Origin: Raillietiella orientalis
Lineage: Eukaryota
Length of the DNA: 64,000 nt
Assembly (NCBI GenBank): GCA_036172245.1
Contig: JAYWIR010000014.1
Span: 4,216,001-4,280,000 of the forward strand
Direction of reading: 5' to 3'
The position numbers were made by a program, and so were the translations under genes. This document shows, piece after piece, positions 61,101 to 64,000 of the stretch (position 1 is the first letter of the stretch; each line of letters opens with the position of its first letter). The notes under the pieces are model-generated. The model was not told the DNA's origin. It did no database searches and saw nothing but the letters and a program-made list of their open reading frames with translations.

Positions 61101-64000
61101 CGCAGTGAGCAATTGTCCTCGCTGCACCTGGGGAATACAGCTCCCGTCTCCAAGGCGGGCAGCTGCAGCATCCTGGAAGCCGCGTTAGTCCGAAAGCATC
61201 TCGTCACTGGTGCTGCCTCCTAGTGGTTTGGCAGCGAAATTCTCCGTCTGGCGCCTTCGGAGGCTCTTTGAGAACCTCGTCGAGACTAATCCGTGTTTGG
61301 CGACGCTCTTCCGCTGCTTCTTTCTTCCTTCGCCGCCACATTAGGGAAGACACCGTGGTTTGGGGGTGGTCCTGACAAGTTTTGGAGGCACGGAGGACCG
61401 CCACCCTGTCCAGAAGGGCGAAATTCGCCTTTCAGGGAGCTTTGAGCATTCTGCTGGCTCCTTATCTCTTCCCTCTTCCCTTTCTCTCTCTCTCTCTCTC
61501 TTTCTCCGTGGCGACAGACAGCTGCCTCCGTCGTCTTTGCTCTCGTTGCGGTCTCGAGATCAACCACGGATTTTCCTCACCTCTTCCTGCTCACCACCAC
61601 CACCACCACTACTTTCCCTTGTTCTCATTACCATCGCTCTAACTAGGAGAAGGATCGTGACCTTTCCCTTTCCCCCTAAACCCCTCTTGTGAGTCAGCTC
61701 TTGGACCCAGACCGCTCTTCTTTCGTGGCCCAACAAGAGGAGCCTCTTCCCTCCTTTCCCGTCACACTTTGCGTCTCGAATCCGCTCCCTTTGCGTTCTC
61801 CACAAAGGATTCCTCGCGTTTCCAAGGCTTCTGCTGCGGATCGACTCCCAGCTCCCCTCCTCCTTCCCGATTCTTAGGAGTGGTGAAGATCTCCGGGAGT
61901 GAGATGCGAGAAGTTTCAACCCTCGGCGCGCGTCTTCAGAGCAATCGCCTTGGCAGTCCCTGATGTCCAGGCGATGCGGTTCACGCTCCAACCTGGGCGG
62001 CCCATCTCCCGCAATAATGGCGTTTGTCGCTCGCGTGGACGGTGAGAGGAGTCTCTGGGTCACGTTCCCCACAGATAGATCACCATGCCCGGGGTGTGGC
62101 GGGACTCTGAGCAAGAGGACCGTCAGCCAGACCATCCAAACCCTGGGACAAAACCGGATCGAGTGCTCCAGAGAGAAGGGAGGTAGGCGTACTGGGTGTC
62201 GTTATGGATACCCGTCAACGGCGTCAGAAGAAGAGCAGACAGAAGGAGAGCTTGTCGAGGATGGATCACTCCTCGCTTCTCCTCCGAGGGAGTGCCTACG
62301 GCTGCAGGAGCGGTTGTAGGAGGATATCTGGGGTCCTAAAAGTGACGAAGTGACGAAGGAGTTCCCAGGAATCAGGGTGAGCGCCCCTGCTTCTTGGGTT
62401 TCAGAAAGGAAGCAATGTATGCATGAATCCTCTCTTGGAAAGTCTGTTGGAAACCCCAGACGCTATTTCCCGCAGCGGAAGTTCGGAACTTCATGGAAAA
62501 AATCGAATGAGCTGCAGGAGAAGAAGATGGTGGGTACTCTCTTGTTCCCTCTCGCGCGTTCCTTTTTTCCATGCCGTTGCAGGTACAAGAGCTGCGTTCC
62601 GCCGAGCGAAGCCACGGTCTTCATCGATCCATCCCAGCCGATGGCTCCCAGAACACGCTGCAAGAGTGGTGAATGAGGAGGCACCTCGCCTCTTTCGGCA
62701 GATTTTCTTGTTTTTTTTTTCGCTCTCAGGTGGCAGAGCGGCTGCCGAGTGCTCCTCCCGACTCAGCGACTCCCCGGTGGAAATGGCATGGGGCCGATCT
62801 CTCGTCTGTACTCGCTGTGTACCCTGTCTTGGGTTTCCGAGAGGACAGGCGACGTCGGATGGGGCCACTCCCATTTCTTCCCCCTCTTCCTGGAGCACCT
62901 GGAGCACCAGGTAGGATTGGAGGAGGAGGGGCATCGGGTGAACCCTTCGGGGGATCGGTTGCCCGGAAAGTGAGACGAAACCTGTGAGAGAGGGATGCCA
63001 CCCCCATCCCCACTCCACCCCATGCGCGCGCGCGCGCACGTCCCTGCACCGCGGATGGTTCTCGAGGCAGTGTACGAGCTCGCGGCGTCATCTGTGGTCG
63101 AGCGAAGGAACAGCCCCCTTGCTTGCGGGCTCTCTCTTGCGGATAGTTTTGGAAAGGGACATCGGGAGGAGGAAGCGGCCCCCTCGTTTCGGGTGCGTTT
63201 CGGCTCTGATGACCGACTGGCCCATTCACCTCGTTTCGGCTCTCTCCTTTGCACCCGCCCCGCTCCAGCAGCCTGGACGGCCGCCTGCATCAAGGGAACC
63301 CAGTTGCAAAGTGGGCGAGCGCCTCCTCCCGCAGACTCCCCGTTCCCACGGCCGCGAAAAGCCATCCCAAAACTACGACAGAGTTCGGAACCGCATCCTG
63401 AGCATCCTTCCTCAAATATTTGCTTCCCGGGGAGGGGGAAAGGGAGGAAGAAAAAAAAAATGTCGGCGGAGCTTCTCTCGTCTCCGTTCCGCCGCCGCTC
63501 GTCCACGGAAGCGCCATGTCGTCTCTCCACCTGCCCGCCCTCCGCGCGCTGCGGTCGGCCGATTCCGGAGATTCGCAACTTCCCAGACCGCGCGCGGGCA
63601 GATCCGCCGCTTTTCTTAAGCCACCCCATCGCAAAAAAAAGGAAAAAAAAAACGGACGATGCTCCTCTCTCCCCCTTCTGCTGGTGGGTATCGATGGGGA
63701 CGAAAACCTCGTCCGTGATTAGAAAATGGCGCCTGGATTTCTGAGGGCCATCGATCCACACCAAGGCAGCTTTATATGAAAAAAAGAAGAAGAAAAGAAG
63801 AGAGAGACAAAGCAAAATGGCTGATTTCATGTGGTTCTGTCGCTGTTTCCCTCCCCCCTCCCCCATCCTCAGGAAAGCAACCCTGATGAAGTTCCCGGTT
63901 TCGATGAGCGAAAAAAACGACAGTCGGCCCCCGCCCACTTGCGCGCAGGTGGAGACGAACCCCGCCCGCCCCACCCTGGACACTCTGCCGTCCGGCGCAT

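Noticed and set aside
62763..63983. 406-aa minus-strand ORF, and similar long ORFs (799..1602, 20012..20938, 22417..23346, 52807..53772)
   Set aside because: Low-complexity R/G/S/P-rich translations with no recognisable domain. They fall in GC-rich palindrome arms where stop codons are rare.

Overview
Eukaryotic (animal, most likely arthropod) genomic DNA, not prokaryotic. The window holds one intron-rich gene on the + strand: a canonical TRP cation channel closest to TRP-gamma. I trace 15 coding exons from 3132 to 55157. All junctions are GT..AG and phase-consistent, giving 3144 nt or about 1047 aa: ankyrin repeats, Zn-binding TRP_2 motif, S1-S6, LFW pore helix, EWKFAR TRP box, coiled coil and a C-terminal ...GWL. 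The introns carry four copies of a tRNA-derived SINE and some microsatellites. The most unusual observation is that much of the locus appears tiled by decayed, kilobase-scale inverted duplications (fold-back palindromes, at least a dozen axes). As a result, most coding exons face a degenerate antisense copy of themselves within the same pre-mRNA. One such copy, opposite the exon 10 acceptor and S4-S5 linker, is 57/61 identical and enriched in G-U-compatible differences, as expected for a maintained RNA duplex. The palindrome calls come from by-eye alignment and need a self dot-plot with shuffled controls. Most ORFs in the supplied track are spurious products of GC-rich sequence.
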